Positions 51,400 to 64,000 are shown, counted from the first letter of the stretch. The stretch is 64,000 nt of DNA from Squalus acanthias (GCA_030390025.1 CM059432.1:116810001-116874000), one strand, 5' to 3'. Numbers and translations are program-made. The notes: a model not told the origin generated them from the letters alone.

Positions 51400-51710
51400 G
51401 CCCCTGCTGTGGAAATGGCTTCTGCCATTGAGAACAACATGAATGAACCCAACACGCAACCCCTAAGCCGGCCAAGGCACCAATGATTCCAAACACCAAA
51501 CATGTATATTTTGAATACAAAAACTTATTTATTTTACAAACTCTGTGTGTGTCATTTCTTCATGACAAACTAATAGAAATAAACACAAAAAAACAGTCAT
51601 TAACATAACTGGTTCTCACAACCTGGAGATAATGTCCAAAACACTAGACAAAAGTTTGACCATGAACCTCGGCCTTTAATAAAAAAATGAGCAACATTTT
51701 GTCACACCTC

Positions 51711-53530
51711 CTACTTTTTGCCCTTCGAGGATGATCTCCTTCCCTTGCGCACTTCCCCCCTTCTTACCCTACTGCTCCTCCGTAATGGGACCTCAGTGGC
51801 TGCAGCAAGGCTGGTGGAAGGCTGCTGATTGTCAGACCCTGACACTGCAGATGCCCTTGAAGGACGGCCTCGACCAGTTCTGGGCCTGGAGGGCCCGGCT
51901 GCAGACTCAACCAACTCTGCATGGGCGGCAGCAGTCTGTCCTACAGGCGGTGGCAAGTGCAGTGGAGAAGTGACAGTGTTGGCAGCAAGAATGCTGTCAT
52001 CTTGAGAGAGGACAGCAACTCCCTGCTCGACCGACACACTGGCACTCCCACGGGGCAGCACTTCAGCATCCGGAGCAATCAGCTGGAGCACAGATTGCTG
52101 GCCTGCTGCGGCGCGGTGAGAGCCCCGGGGAAATGTGAACGAACCATCGAGGATGGCAGCAGTCAGTGCTCGCGTGGCCTCAATCTGAGTCTGCATGAGA
52201 GCAGTCAGAGATGGGATCACGGCAGCCAGTGACTGAATTGCAGCACTAAGCTTTAGTGTGGCATCCGCCTGTGCTACAGCGAAGTGCTCCACACTCCTTG
52301 CCAGTGATTCAGTGCATTCGGGCACCCTTCCCACTGCACCCATGAGCTCAGTGTGCATGTCCACCGCCTGGGTGTTCATTTCAGCGATCAGCCGCTCCTC
52401 CTCTGCGTCCAGTGCAGTAGGACTCGCTGGCATACTCTCACTCCGGGGAGAAGGCCCCCGTTCTTCCCTACCCCCATGGCGTTGCTGCAGCCCGCTGGGT
52501 CCTGGAGCTTCACCCTCATCAGACCCTTCCCCCCTGCTCCCCTCCAGGGAAGGCGTGTTCTCAGTGTGGGCATGGGCTTCCTCGGGAGAGGGTGGCACTG
52601 ATGCTCCGCCTTCATCTTTCTCCTCGGCTGCAGCTTCACTTCCACTGGCAGCTTGAAGGCCCGTCTCCTCAGCTGGTGAATCACCATCTGAAAGCAGGGA
52701 GGTACAAGAGTGGCTTTAGCGTGAGGACAGGGTGGCAGTAAGGGAGGAATAAGTGCAGCGATTTAGTAAGTTGGATTGAAAGTGTCAAAGGCTGGTGTTG
52801 TGAGGGACAAGTGGAAGGACAGAGGACAAAAAGGTGATGACCTTACCATTGCTGTCCAGAACGGGGTCGGCGTCTCCAGTGGCGACGGGACCGATCACCC
52901 GGCTTGCCACAATCCTGTGGACGCGCTCCTCAAGATCGCTGAGGGGTTGCAGCTGAGGCCGCCCTCCACCCGTCTGTTGCTGCTGTCTCCTATTATGAGA
53001 CAGCTTGGCCTGCAAGAAAAAGGACGGCGTCTGAGTAAATATACAGCCATGGTCTTGCCTGATGTGCCTCCCATAGGTGAATAGCCCTTACTGTATGCAG
53101 CCATGGTGATGCCTGATGTGCCTCCCATAGGTGAATAGCCCTTACTGTATGCAAAGTGTGGAATGTGTGTGTGTGTTTCATGAAAGGGCCATAGGTGTTG
53201 GATGAGTGTTGTTAATTGGGGTTTTAAGACCCTCTGGCCATAGAGTGAGGTTGAGATGGAGGGATGGAGAGGTATTGAAAAAAAGCCACTCACCCTGACG
53301 ACCCGAGTGAGGTCGTTGAACTTTTTTCGGCATTGTACACGGGTCCTGGGCACCATGCTCCTGCAGGAGACGCTCTGAACCACCTCCCTCCACACTCTTC
53401 TGTACTCGCGCGGCAAAGGCCTCCTGCCACTCTCAGGGAAGAGTATAGATTTTCTGCGCTCCACCGCGCCAACCAGAGCATCCAAGGCCCGCTCGCTGAA
53501 GTGCTGAGCTCGTTCTCTCACCCTCTCCAT
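51711..53530 (-). CDS. Harbinger Myb/SANT-like DNA-binding protein, 3 exons (53530-53294, 53009-52847, 52687-51711; 458 aa)
   Basis: Myb/SANT-like N-terminus FSERALDALV...VWREV...RTRVQCRKKFNDL. GT-AG introns give a continuous 1377-nt frame with a basic NLS-like C-terminus. Confidence 0.88.
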
Positions 53531-53934
53531 AGTCCTTGGCTTGCAAATGTAATCACAGGTCTCTCCAGGTCGAGATTCAAGGCTCCAATGAGCAGGGTGT
53601 GGCTGGAGAGCAAGATCGACCCTCCCCTTTAAGAACTGGCCGGCGCCAGTGTGTGTGTTCCATCGCTAACTGACATCACCTGCGCTGCGCCCGCGCTCTG
53701 AGTTAGCGCCTCACTCCTCGGCCTTTGCGCCTTAAGACAGGTGTGCAGCGCCTAATTTAGCGCTCCAATCACCTCCCGGGGCGTTAAAAGTCAAGTTTGC
53801 AGTCAGTGGCGATAATTAGCGCCAGGCGCTAATCTTTGCGCCCGGCCGATAATTGCGCCCCAAATGGGGCGATACTGAATTTTTCCCCCTATATTCTTCC
53901 CAGATCCTGCACTGCACTCCCTCTCACTTTGTCT

Positions 53935-54683
53935 TAGAAATAGAAACATAGAAAAATAGGAGCAGGAGTAGGCCATTCGGCCCATCGAGCTTGCTCCGCC
54001 AGTCAATATGATCATGGCTGGTCCTCTATCTCAATACCATATTCCCCCTCTCTCCCCATATACCTTGATGCCTTTTGTGTCTAGAAATCTATCTATCTCC
54101 TTCTTAAATATATTCAGTGACTTGGCCTCCACAGCTTTCTGTGGTAGAGAATTCCACAGGCTCACCACCCTCTGAGTGAAGAAATTTCTCCTCATCTCAG
54201 TCTTAAATGTCCTACCCCGTATCCTGAGACTGTGATCCCTTGTTCTAGACCCCCCAGCCAGGGGAAACATCCTCCCTACAATCCAGTCTGTCTAGTCCTG
54301 TCAGAATTTTATACGTTTCAATGAGATCCCCTCTCATTCTTCTAAATTCTAGTGAATACAGGCCTGGTCGACCCAATCTCTCTTCATACGACAGTCCTGC
54401 CATCCCAGGAATCAGTCTGGTGAACCTTCGCTGCACTCCCTCTATGGCAAGTATATCCTTTCTTAGGTAAGGAGACCAAAACTGCACACAGTACTCCAGG
54501 TGTGGTCTCACCAAGGTCCTGTATAACTGTAGTAAGACATCCTTGCTCCTGTACTCAAATCCTCTTGCAATGAAGGCCAACATACCATTTGCCTTCCTAA
54601 CTGCTTGCTGCACCTGCATGTTTGCTTTCAGTGACTGGTGTACAAGGACACCCAGGTCCCTTGGTACTTCAATATTTCCCAAT
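53935..54683 (-). mobile_element. CR1 3' fragment inside the old Harbinger
   Basis: RDLGVLVHQSLK...RPHLEYCVQFWSP. Confidence 0.92.
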
Positions 54684-55659
54684 GTCAGTCCTACTCCATT
54701 CACACCATTCCTCAGTCCCATGTAACTCTCATCACGACCAATCAGACTGACTCAATGCACCTCTTGTCACCCTCACTCCCTTAGCATCCTCATTTGTTTC
54801 CTCCCTCCACCACTGCCAGTTCTGCAATCCTCATATCATTTTGTACGACTTCACTAATCTCCGTTAGTACGATATTCAAAGGCATGCCACTCGCACTCCT
54901 TATGCATGTGTCTGATTCTCATTTTCACCGCTTGCACGGCATCCGTCGGATGTACACATTCTGGCAGCGAGCATGTCGACCGGTTTTGACAAGATCGTAG
55001 AGAGACTAGATCGGGGCTTCCAAGGTGTCACTGATGTCCTCCACTGCTCTCCCACAGACAGGTAGGCCTGCTGTGCCACTGCCCCAGGGGAGGAAGGATG
55101 GCAGAATGGGCGAGGTAAGTGCACGTCTCATCCATTGCCATCCCTTTAACCAATACCCGTCATGGTGCCTCCACTCAAGCTGCCCCACACTGCCCCTGTC
55201 CAAGTGCAGGAGGAGCAGTCAGTGGCAGGTCCTTCACGGGCTCCAAAATCCAAAGGTCGTCGGCCAAGAGCAACTCGGGACAATGAGAAAAGTGCACAGC
55301 AGTCTTCCACCATCTCTGTTGAATCCACAGGGGCAGCTTTACGTAGAACTGTCAGGCATAGGAAGTCAAAGAATATATAGATCAGAGGGTTAACACATGG
55401 GTGTCACATTTTTTGTTAAGCCAATTAATTTGACCACTATTTAAAAAATTGTCACTCACACCAGTTCACTATCTCATTATTGAATGCAGACTTCACAGTC
55501 AGATTTTTATTTGATGGGCTATGGAAGGTGGGGACGTGATTTGAATCTCACAAGCTGGGGATATGTTGGACGTGCATTGAGGGTTGCACGACTGCTGGTG
55601 CGAGGTGGGTATGGTTGGTGAGGCAGTAATGGTCCAGTTGACGTTGGTGGGACAATAAT

Positions 55660-57030
55660 GGTCCAGTCTAACTGAACCTACATGCTATTAAAGCATCCCT
55701 TGCATCACGGGCAGAAATATGTTCCGGTGGCTGTGCGTCCAGGTCCCCATCTTCTTCATCACCATTGTTCTCATCTGATGAGTCATACGCGCCTTCTTCA
55801 TCCTGAACCTCCAGATTTCTTTACTGCGCTACGTTGTGTAGGACGCAGCTTGCAACAATGATCTGCGACACATTCACTGGCGAACACTGTAGAGAACCTC
55901 CAGATCTGTCAAGGCACCTGAACCTTAACTTCAGCATCCTTGCTTGCTCGATAATGCACTGCGTGGTGATGTGGCTGGCGTTGCATCTCTCTTGCGGTTG
56001 AGTGCAGGGGTTCCTCAGAGGTTGTTTCTTCTTTCATATGGTAGTAGCAAAGCAAATCAAATGTCAATATCTAAGTCAGATATCCAGGCCAAAGTTTGGA
56101 TATCTTGTAGGCTGCCTGCAAATTTTCTCTGAGGGCAGTGCTCAATGATGTGCTCCAGGGTCTGATTAGGAGCTCCACAGTGATGGGGATGCTTTAATCT
56201 TCCATCTATGGAGAACGTGGCAGCATCTACCATGACCAGTTCTGAGGCGGTTGATGGTTGTCCACTGTTTGCGAGGAAGGTTTGATCCTTCAGGTTGTAC
56301 TGTGGGGTCCTCGATAAGGAATCCATTCCGTATGTCGCAGTTCTTCCAAGCATTTCGCCATCGGTCATCAAGACTGAGGGGAGATCGCTGAAGGGCTTCA
56401 GAGGCATCTTAAGCCACAGTTGAAGGGGGTATCCTTTGTCCCAAAGTAGCCATCCTGTCAGTTTGGTCCCAGGTAGAAACATTGTGTGGATATTCGACTG
56501 CCGCAGAATGACTGCATCATAGCAGCTCTTAGGGAATCGTGCACAGACCTGCGTGAACTTCTTTATGGTTGCACATGAGCTAAACATTGATGGAGTGGAA
56601 GCCCTTGCGGTTCACAAATTCTCCTGGCTGGTCGGGGGGCTGCTCTGATTGCCGTGTGCATGCAAACTATGGTGCCCTGCACCTGCGGGAAGCCTGCCAG
56701 ACATGCGAGCCCCAATGCTCCGCAAACAAAGAAATTCAGGGCGGTGGTTACTTTAACTGCCACTGGCATAGCATGGCCGCCAGGTTCAGCTGGTCTTCCG
56801 TTCGGAGCGACCACCTGCTGTGTTAGCCAGAGCCTCCTGAAGCACTGCTTCTCCGAGGTCAAGGAAACTGAGCCTCTGCCTGTACATCTTGTTGGGTGGG
56901 TATGGCCTTGTGCGAGCATGGGCCGTCTCTGCTGACCACCTGCAGCTCCCTCCTTGGCTCACTGTTGCTGCTGATGCTCCTCTTCCACCTCCTCTTCTTC
57001 ATCCGTCCAGAACATTGCAGCAATGGCAGC
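55660..57030 (-). pseudogene. Decayed Harbinger transposase of the older element
   Basis: Fragments AVKVTTALNFF, GFPQVQGTI, GWLLWDKGYPLQLW and LKLRFRCLDRSGGSLQ...CVLHN, with frameshifts; split by an insertion at 56022-56397. Confidence 0.85.
56022..56397 (-). mobile_element. Non-LTR retrotransposon 3' fragment (RTEX/RTE-like, zinc knuckle)
   Basis: CGAPNQTLEHIIEHCP motif and a GAA-rich tail; flanked by a 7-bp direct repeat TCAGAGG (56015-21, 56398-404). Confidence 0.65.
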
Positions 57031-57070
57031 ATCCAGAATGGACTTGTCCCTCGCCAACTCTAGAGTCTCT

Positions 57071-57882
57071 GGGCTGGATTTTCTCAGCCCCGAGAAGGCG
57101 GGCATGGAGGCGGGACTGCCGGTAAAGTAGCAGAAAGTGGGGGCGGACGGCAAACCCACCCCCATCCCACCTCCGTGCCCTTTTGCCAGGAGGCGGGAAG
57201 ATGTGCTGCTTCGGATCCCGTCTCCTGGAGGCGGGAAAGGCATTAAATCCTTTTAACTGCCTGTTAACAGGTAGTTAACAGGCAGAAAAAAGGATTAGTG
57301 CCATTTTACCTTCACAGGTGAAGGCTTCCCGACATCGGAGAACCCACCGGGTTGGAGAAGATGTGAAGGAGGTGTGCGGGGGTCGGAGGCACCTGGAAGT
57401 AAGATGTAGAGGTGAGTGATGGGTGCAAGTGTGGAGTGGTAAGTATGGAAGGTGAGTGTAAAGTGTTAAAAAATGTTCACTTACCTTGGTTTCTGCCTAC
57501 AGCCTTCATCCACCCTGGATCGGGAGACCCGACATCTTCCTTGTCGATTTCACAGACTGGCTGTTGGATCCTCCGAACCAACAGCCATCTGAAATCAACA
57601 AAGTTGAAGGTTTGATGAGTCCTGAACACAAGGCCTCATCAAACTACAGAGAATATCAGTGTTTGACAGCTTCACAGAAGTCTTGATAGATGGCACGTCT
57701 GACGTTGACGTGCTCTGTCAGTGACTTCCTCCCTAATTGGCCTGCTGAGCCCGCAGGGCAGGCTTAACAAGGTCAATCAGGGGAAAATCCCTCTGGTTGG
57801 TCAGACGATGATGGAGGCGGGACATTGACACGACAAACAGCAGTCCCGCCTCCAACTCGTCTCCATTGAGAAAATCCAGCCC
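57071..57882. mobile_element. Harbinger-type non-autonomous element (MITE)
   Basis: Perfect 15-bp TIR GGGCTGGATTTTCTC; flanks TCT/TTT. Confidence 0.8.
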
Positions 57883-58623
57883 TTTAAATCACTATCTGAA
57901 GCCAAGTACTGTAACCAAACTGTAGCCCACAATGAACTGAGGAAGCACCTGCGTGCAGAAACGTTAATATTTGAAGTTAAGCACCTAAATAAATATCCCG
58001 CCTCCATTTCCCTGGCAAACTTGTTGATCTGCGGTAAACCCGTGCTGCAGTACTTAAATTCAATTCAAGGTCCTTATTGCGTAATAGGACCCCGATTTAA
58101 ATATGTTTATGAGCTTCCCACCTGTCCATAGTGGGGACACTCGTCTGACCCACTGACGGCCACCGTGATAATTATGTTGGCCGTGTTGGCTTGGGGGCAG
58201 GTTGGTGGATTTTCACATTTTAACCATCCGCCCAACCCTCTACCGCCTGTCGAGTCACCGGGGGTGGGGGGTGGGGGGTGGGGGGTGAGGTGTTTAATAT
58301 CGAGGCCACGTTCTCCAGATTATTCGCCCAGGCCTCTGGATTACTAGGTCAGTAACATAATCACTATTATTGTACCCATATTTTGAACAGTTGTACTTTG
58401 GAACTAGAAGGAGAATAGGAGCAACCTTTTTATTTTCCCTTTCCCCACTTCCTTTTTTTTCTTTCCGACTAAAATAGGAAGCTGGTGCAGAGTAAATGTG
58501 TGCTTGGTAAAATCTCCCTTTTTTTTCCCCCTCTGTATCATTTTAATTTGAAACTGGAGTTTCCCGTAGTACCATGAGAATCTGCTGGTTAAACTTGGGC
58601 TATTTGAAAAAATTGAAAAATGT

Positions 58624-59350
58624 GGCCCTGATTTTGCGGTGGGTATGACGCTGTACTCTCAGAGTACGCCATCATACCCCCTTTGAAATCCACCGCAAGT
58701 TCAGGATTTCCGCATGCGCTAAATCTCAAACTTGCGATCTGTCAGCGTACGCGTTGACAGGCTGTCCCCACTGCCAAAGAAAAACCAATTGCTGGCGCAG
58801 AGTTGGGCTATTTGCCCAGCAACTGCATTCGAAAATTTTACGGTTGATTGTTTGCATCAGCGTAAGGGGATACCTCAGGCATGTTTTAACCATTTTCATC
58901 TCGGAAATCGGATAGATTAATTGTATCAAAAGAGTTTTTCTTGTTTCTACAAAGATTGGAGTTTTAATGATGTCGATAATTATTATCAGCAAACTGAAAT
59001 TTTTCGTGAAGTTGGTGGAATGAAGCTAATTAGGAATTAAATTCCAAACCTGTAAATTATAATTAAATCTGTTTACAGGATTCCATTAAATCTGATTACG
59101 GGATTCCCTTCTGCAATGATGTGAAATCTAATTCTGTTTCCTGATTGGAGGACCAGGCCCACGTGATCCCAGGTACGCTTCCTCACAGGCTGCGTCCCTG
59201 GGATCACGTGGGCCATTACGCTGCCCCCCTCCGCCTCGCAGCGTCAGACCGCAGGCTTACGCAGGAGGTCCGCCATCAGGTAGGTGCGTATTCCTTTTGT
59301 GGGTCGGCGGCGTACTCCGGAGGTAGGCCACCAACTGCAATTTTTGGCCA
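58624..59350. mobile_element. Harbinger-type non-autonomous element (family of 5464-7654)
   Basis: GGCCCTGATTTTGC / GCAATTTTTGGCC ends; shares the CACGTGATCCCAGG...CCCTGGGATCACGTG hairpin with 7468-7515. Confidence 0.7.
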
Positions 59351-59457
59351 GTGTTTATTTTCGGAAAGAAATGATAAATAGAAATTGAGCAATCTCTCAA
59401 ACTGGTGCATGCCTTGTGACTAATTTCAAGCGATGTTTTTTTAAAATGTTTTTTTAG

Positions 59458-59587
59458 ACCCCGACGGCGATCTCTACTTGCGGAATACAATCTAACAACT
59501 CTGGAAGAGTCCAGTACATATATTGGTGGTGACAAGCTTGTCAAGTTACAGGGCTTATACCCTGGCATGTTGCTGGGGTGCTGGCAA
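59458..59587 (+). CDS. FBXO15: FBXO15 exon 6
   Basis: PRRRSLLAEYNL...IGGDKLVKLQGLYPGMLLGCWQ; TTTTTAG acceptor and GTGAGT donor. Confidence 0.92.
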
Positions 59588-59999
59588 GTGAGTTAATAAC
59601 TAGGTTTTAACTTATTTTTGCACTCTCGTCTCTAGGAAAGGAGAGAACTTGCATTTATACAGGTACCTTTCACATCCTAACCACATCGCAAAGCACTTCA
59701 CAGAAAATGAGCTACTTTTAAGTGTAGTTACTGTTGTAATGAAGGAAACACAGCAGCCAATTGCACAGAGGAGGGTCCCACAAACAGAAATGATATAAAT
59801 GACCAGATAAACTGTTTCACAACTTGCCATGATGGGATATGACCCTAACACAGCACCTAGGTTCCTAGTCCTCTACCATAACCACTAGGCTACCATACCT
59901 AGTTTATAAATTAATTCCTACAAGAGAATGGGCAAAACTGTACACAAGCACCTTTGACAAAATTGTGTGGCAGGGTTAGCATTGGTTGTCTGACACTAA

Positions 60000-60705
60000 G
60001 GTCCCAATATTAGCGGGGAGGGTGTGAGGAAGCGCGGTAGATTGGGAGAATCCACCACAGTCGGGGATCTGGAGGCCCTGCTGATCTTAACAATAGGGCA
60101 TCATTTAAATAATCTGCTGCAGACTCCCGCCCGAACAGCCAGCCGAATTCACAGCCTGGTCGGCAGGCGGGTGTGTGTGCAAACAAGCGGCAGGAGGCCG
60201 CAGCCAGAAATCCGTGGGGACGATCCCCGGCAGTCAGGATGAAGGCTTCGGACCGAAATCGGGCAGGGGAGGAGTGGGGAGTGGGGGGCGGAGGGGGGAG
60301 GTCGGAAATGAAGAGAACAATGGGGCAGCGATCGGGTCATCCAGAGTTGGGGGGAGAGAACATTGGGCGATTGGGGCCGAGGGAGGCCGAAGGCTTACTT
60401 GGGGGGAAAGCACTCCTGGCCCACAAGGAGTGCTAAAAGAAGAAGATCTTCAAAACTTGCCTTGGCTAGTCGGCACTTCCTGCCTCAGATCTGTTGCTGG
60501 GAGTCCCACAGCACGGGCCTGCCCCTCGCTCACTTAAATTTAATGTTAATTTTGAATGTTAATTAGCCCCTCCCGCCTGCCTTTTGCAGAAGCCTCGTCG
60601 ATGGCCTTATTTCTGATCAATTTTAAACGGGCGGGAATGGGTTTGGGTTGGGATCGGGATCGGCCCCCCTCGCCCGTGGGGGGTGGGGGCTTAAAATCGA
60701 GGTCC
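60000..60705. mobile_element. GC-rich Harbinger-type element, inverted relative of 39972-40671
   Basis: Ends GGTCCCAATATTAGCGGGGAGGGTG / TTAAAATCGAGGTCC; similar length and layout. Confidence 0.55.
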
Positions 60706-60952
60706 AAGTGTCTATATGAATTGATCAGATGTCACAAATAGAGAAGTACTTGATCAGTGAGAGATTACAGTCTCTCATAACAGCTGTGTAATTCTGAAAA
60801 TTTTGCATTACTATTTTAAATTATGTAAGGAATAATTCATTTTCAGAACATGTACGTAAATCATTGAATAACATTTTTAAATTGTATTTGTCCATTTCAT
60901 TAGATTTATCTTTTCACCCTGAGTCATTTAAAAATGCATTAATCAACATTAA

Positions 60953-61503
60953 ACCTGGAGTACTGTGCACAGTTTTGGTCTCCTTATCTGAGGAAGGATA
61001 TACTTGCCTTAGAGGGGTGCAACGAAGGTTCATTAGATTGATTCCTGGGATGAGAGGGTTGTTATATGAGGAGAGATTGAGTAGATTGGGCCTATATTCT
61101 TGAGAGTTTAGAAGAATGAGAGGTGATCTCATTGAAACATAAGATTCTGAAGGGGATTGACAGGGTAGATGCTGAGAGATTGTTTCCCCTGGCTGGAGAG
61201 TCTAGATCTAGGGGGCATAGTCTCAGGATAAGGGGTCGGCCATTTAGGATTGCGATGAGGAGGAATTTCTTCACTCAAAGGGTTGTGAATCTTTTGAATT
61301 CACTACCCTAAAGGGCTGTGAATGCTGAACTGTTGAGTATATTCAAGGCTGAGATAGATAGATTTTTGGACTCTAGGGGAATCGAGGGATATGGGGATCG
61401 TGCCGGAAAGTGGAGCTAAGGTCGAAGATCAGCCATGATCTTATTGAATGGCGGAGCAGGCTTGAGGGGCTGGATGGCCTACTCCTGCTCCTAATTCTTA
61501 TGT
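60953..61503 (+). mobile_element. CR1 3' fragment
   Basis: GVQRRFIRLIPGMRGL...RRNFFTQRVVNL; TTCTTATG tail. Confidence 0.9.
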
Positions 61504-62964
61504 AAACATTTTTTTAACCACTTCATTGCAATTGTATATATTTTCCCTTTTTAAAAAAAATCCAATTTGATTAAATATCTTCAGCTTGTTTGCACTCAGT
61601 TGCATTTTTCCGCTGATTTGTACATTGCAAACTCAAAAACAATCTTGTGAAATAAAAACAGAAAATGCTGGAAATACTCAGCAGGTCAGGCAGCAACTGT
61701 GGAGCGAGAAACAGAGTTAACATTTCAGGTCAATGACCTTTCATCAGAACTGTGAGATTGTTTTAGTATTAAAATTCTTTTAAATTTGTGTCAACCTATT
61801 CAGTACTTATGAAATGTATTTATCAGCATCTTTTACAAAAATTAAATGGCTTTGTAAAAGATTCTAAACCTGCAGAAAAAACTAATTGTAAATGCAGTAC
61901 CTGAGTTGCTTGTATGTCGTGTTCATCCCAAACCACGTCCAAAACTTTTAAGAAAATGCTATTGAGTGGTGCCCCAAAATGTTAACATTATCTGTACTCT
62001 ATGTAGATGAATGTACAATATTTAATATATTTTGGAAATAAATTCTTATAATTGATTTGTAAATGTACATATTAATACTGAGACAAAAATCAATGTTATA
62101 AAAAGTAACAAACATCAGATTTAATGGAAATATAAGTACATAATCATGGTAATCAGTGATTATCTAGAGAAGAATCATTAACACTGATATTGTCACACCA
62201 AACTTTAGTAAAAAGTAATAAAATAAAATGTTTTTTAAATAAATAAAATGGGCTAAAGATATTAGCATATGTCATAATACAGGAAGAAATACTATTCCAA
62301 TATTGATGTTAAATGCAGATAGCATTAGGAAATCACTTGAGAGACACCAAATGCTTGAGGTGGAGCCGAGTGTGAATCTGGTGTCTTTTGTCCCAAACAT
62401 TATTATATCGCTAGTTGTGTCACTAGTTAATATCGGAGCCCAGACTGAGAACCATGTGAGCCCATATGAATTGTGAGCAGTATTAGGTTTAATGAAATCT
62501 AATCTGAAAATAACATAATATACAAATGTTTGAAGATGAATTTAGAGAATAATTGTCAACTCGCAGAATGTTAGAATTTGAGTATAATAGGCTAGGTGAA
62601 GGGGATTCAGATTGTTTTTAAATTGCCTACTTTCTGCATATTAAAAGGGGCACAAAATTGCTTCTCTTCATTCAGTTAAATTAAATTGTGTAACTGGGAA
62701 AATTGGATGGGTGTCTGTCTTTTTAAATGTATCACCTTTTTCTTATTGTGCTTACGTCTATTGAACACTTGTGTTTACATCGGTGGGAAAGCAAGCTGGG
62801 AGAGAAAAAAAATTGCATCATGACTGTATTTTCACAAGTAAAGCTGAGTTTCTATCGTTGTTTTAAACACCCAAAGATGTCCAGTAGGGGAGTTTATCCA
62901 CATTCCTTAGTATCTTAATATTGGAATTATGATTACAGCATTATTTCAACAGGAAATATCTTCT

Positions 62965-63525
62965 AGACTTGACTGTTCCATGCACTCCTGGCCGGCCTCC
63001 CATCTTCCACTCTCTGCTAAATTGAGGTCATCCAAAACTCTGCTGCCCATGTCCTAACTCGCACCAAGTCCTGTTCATCCATCGCCCCTGCTCGCTGACC
63101 TACATTGGCTCCCGGTTAAGCGACGCCTCAATTTTAAAATTCTCATCCTTGTTTTCAAATCCCTCCATGGCCTCGCTCCTCCCTATCTCTGTAACCCCTC
63201 CAGCCTTACAACCCTCTGAGTCTCTGCACTCCTCCAATTCTGGCCTCTTTAGCATCCCCAGTTTTAATCGCTCCACCACTGGTGGCCGTGCCTTCAACTG
63301 CCGAGGCCCTAAGCTCTGGAATTCCCTCCCTAAACCTCTCCACCTCACTACCTCTCTTTCTTCCTTTAAGACGCTCCTTAAACCCTACCTCTTTGACCAA
63401 GCTTTTGGTCATCTGCCCTAATATTTTCTTATGTGGCTCGGTGTCAAATTTTGTTTTATAACGCTCCTGTGAAGCGCCTTGGGACGTTTTACTGCGTTCA
63501 AGGCCCTATATAAATACAAGTTGTG
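62965..63525 (+). mobile_element. L2 3' fragment
   Basis: Matches 19672-20245. Confidence 0.88.
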
Positions 63526-63764
63526 TTTGAGGTGTTTGTTGGAAGTAGATCTGCAGGTTCTTATCTGTTATGACAGCTAGCATAAAGTGAGAGCCACATG
63601 TTTCATCTTCATAATATGATCTATCAAGAGCAGCAAAGTGGTTGTGCATTTTTTTAAATTTTACACATATGCAATGACTGGCTCCAGAATGATCTTCCCA
63701 ATGAACAAAAGTTAAAGCAGTGCGCTCTTCATCAGCACCAACACTTATCTTTTAAATGTTCTAG

Positions 63765-63847
63765 GAAGACGGGGAATTGGCTGTTATTATTGCAAATCTT
63801 CATTTCCATCAACTCATTGAGAAGTGCACTTTGGGATCAGTCACCTG
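63765..63847 (+). CDS. FBXO15: FBXO15 exon 7 (gene continues beyond window)
   Basis: EDGELAVIIANLHFHQLIEKCTLGSVT, matching recalled ELAFVMANLHFHHLVERSTLGS; canonical splice sites. Confidence 0.95.
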
Positions 63848-64000
63848 GTAAGGAGAATTGTACTTGTGTGTCAAAGCAATATAAAAAAATAACTTAAATG
63901 GTTAAACACTCGGTAACTGCAACATCTTTCTAAATTGCATTGGATTTATAGAAAATTAAGATTTATATTATAGCCATATTTAACAAAAATATTATATTTG

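Larger units (their letters stand above)
49736..53889 (+). mobile_element. Autonomous PIF/Harbinger DNA transposon, apparently intact
   Basis: 16-bp TIRs GGGCTAAAAATTCAGT / revcomp GGGGGAAAAATTCAGT; 3-bp TSD TAT (49733-35, 53890-92); two convergent genes. Confidence 0.93.
49187..58308. mobile_element. Older degenerate Harbinger transposon hosting several nested insertions
   Basis: TIRs GGGCCTCGATATTA / revcomp TGGCCTCGATATTA with flanking triplets CAT/CGT. Myb remnant on + (~49480-49722 and ~54960-55380); transposase remnant on - (~55660-57030). Confidence 0.8.

Noticed and set aside
50578..51459. 293-aa antisense ORF
   Set aside because: Shadow of the GC-rich transposase ORF; no recognisable motif.
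52895..53293. C-terminal half of the 211-aa ORF 52895-53530
   Set aside because: Read-through into the predicted intron 1 of the Myb gene; the spliced model is more coherent.

Overview
Vertebrate genomic DNA, most likely a cartilaginous fish (inferred from the CR1, L2, Penelope and tRNA-SINE content). It holds the head-to-head gene pair TIMM21 and FBXO15. TIMM21 is on the minus strand: coding exons 1-3 are at 16811-17129, 11889-11951 and 9267-9364, and later exons were not found in the window. FBXO15 is on the plus strand: seven phase-compatible coding exons run from 27122 to 63847 and the gene continues past the window. The rest is mostly transposable elements. Highlights: (1) a ~1 kb non-autonomous hAT-type element (14420-15416) in TIMM21 intron 1 that carries a captured promoter + first exon + splice-donor piece of TPP2; (2) an apparently intact autonomous PIF/Harbinger transposon (49736-53889) with a DDE transposase and a 3-exon Myb/SANT gene, nested in an older Harbinger in FBXO15 intron 5, with related non-autonomous copies elsewhere; (3) several Penelope-derived minimal hammerhead ribozyme motifs, one inside a perfect 82-bp palindrome; (4) a 21-bp minisatellite that appears to have grown from a SINE 3' tail and was then split by a long CR1. 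Gene identities come from recalled protein similarity, not database searches. Boundaries of degraded TEs are approximate.
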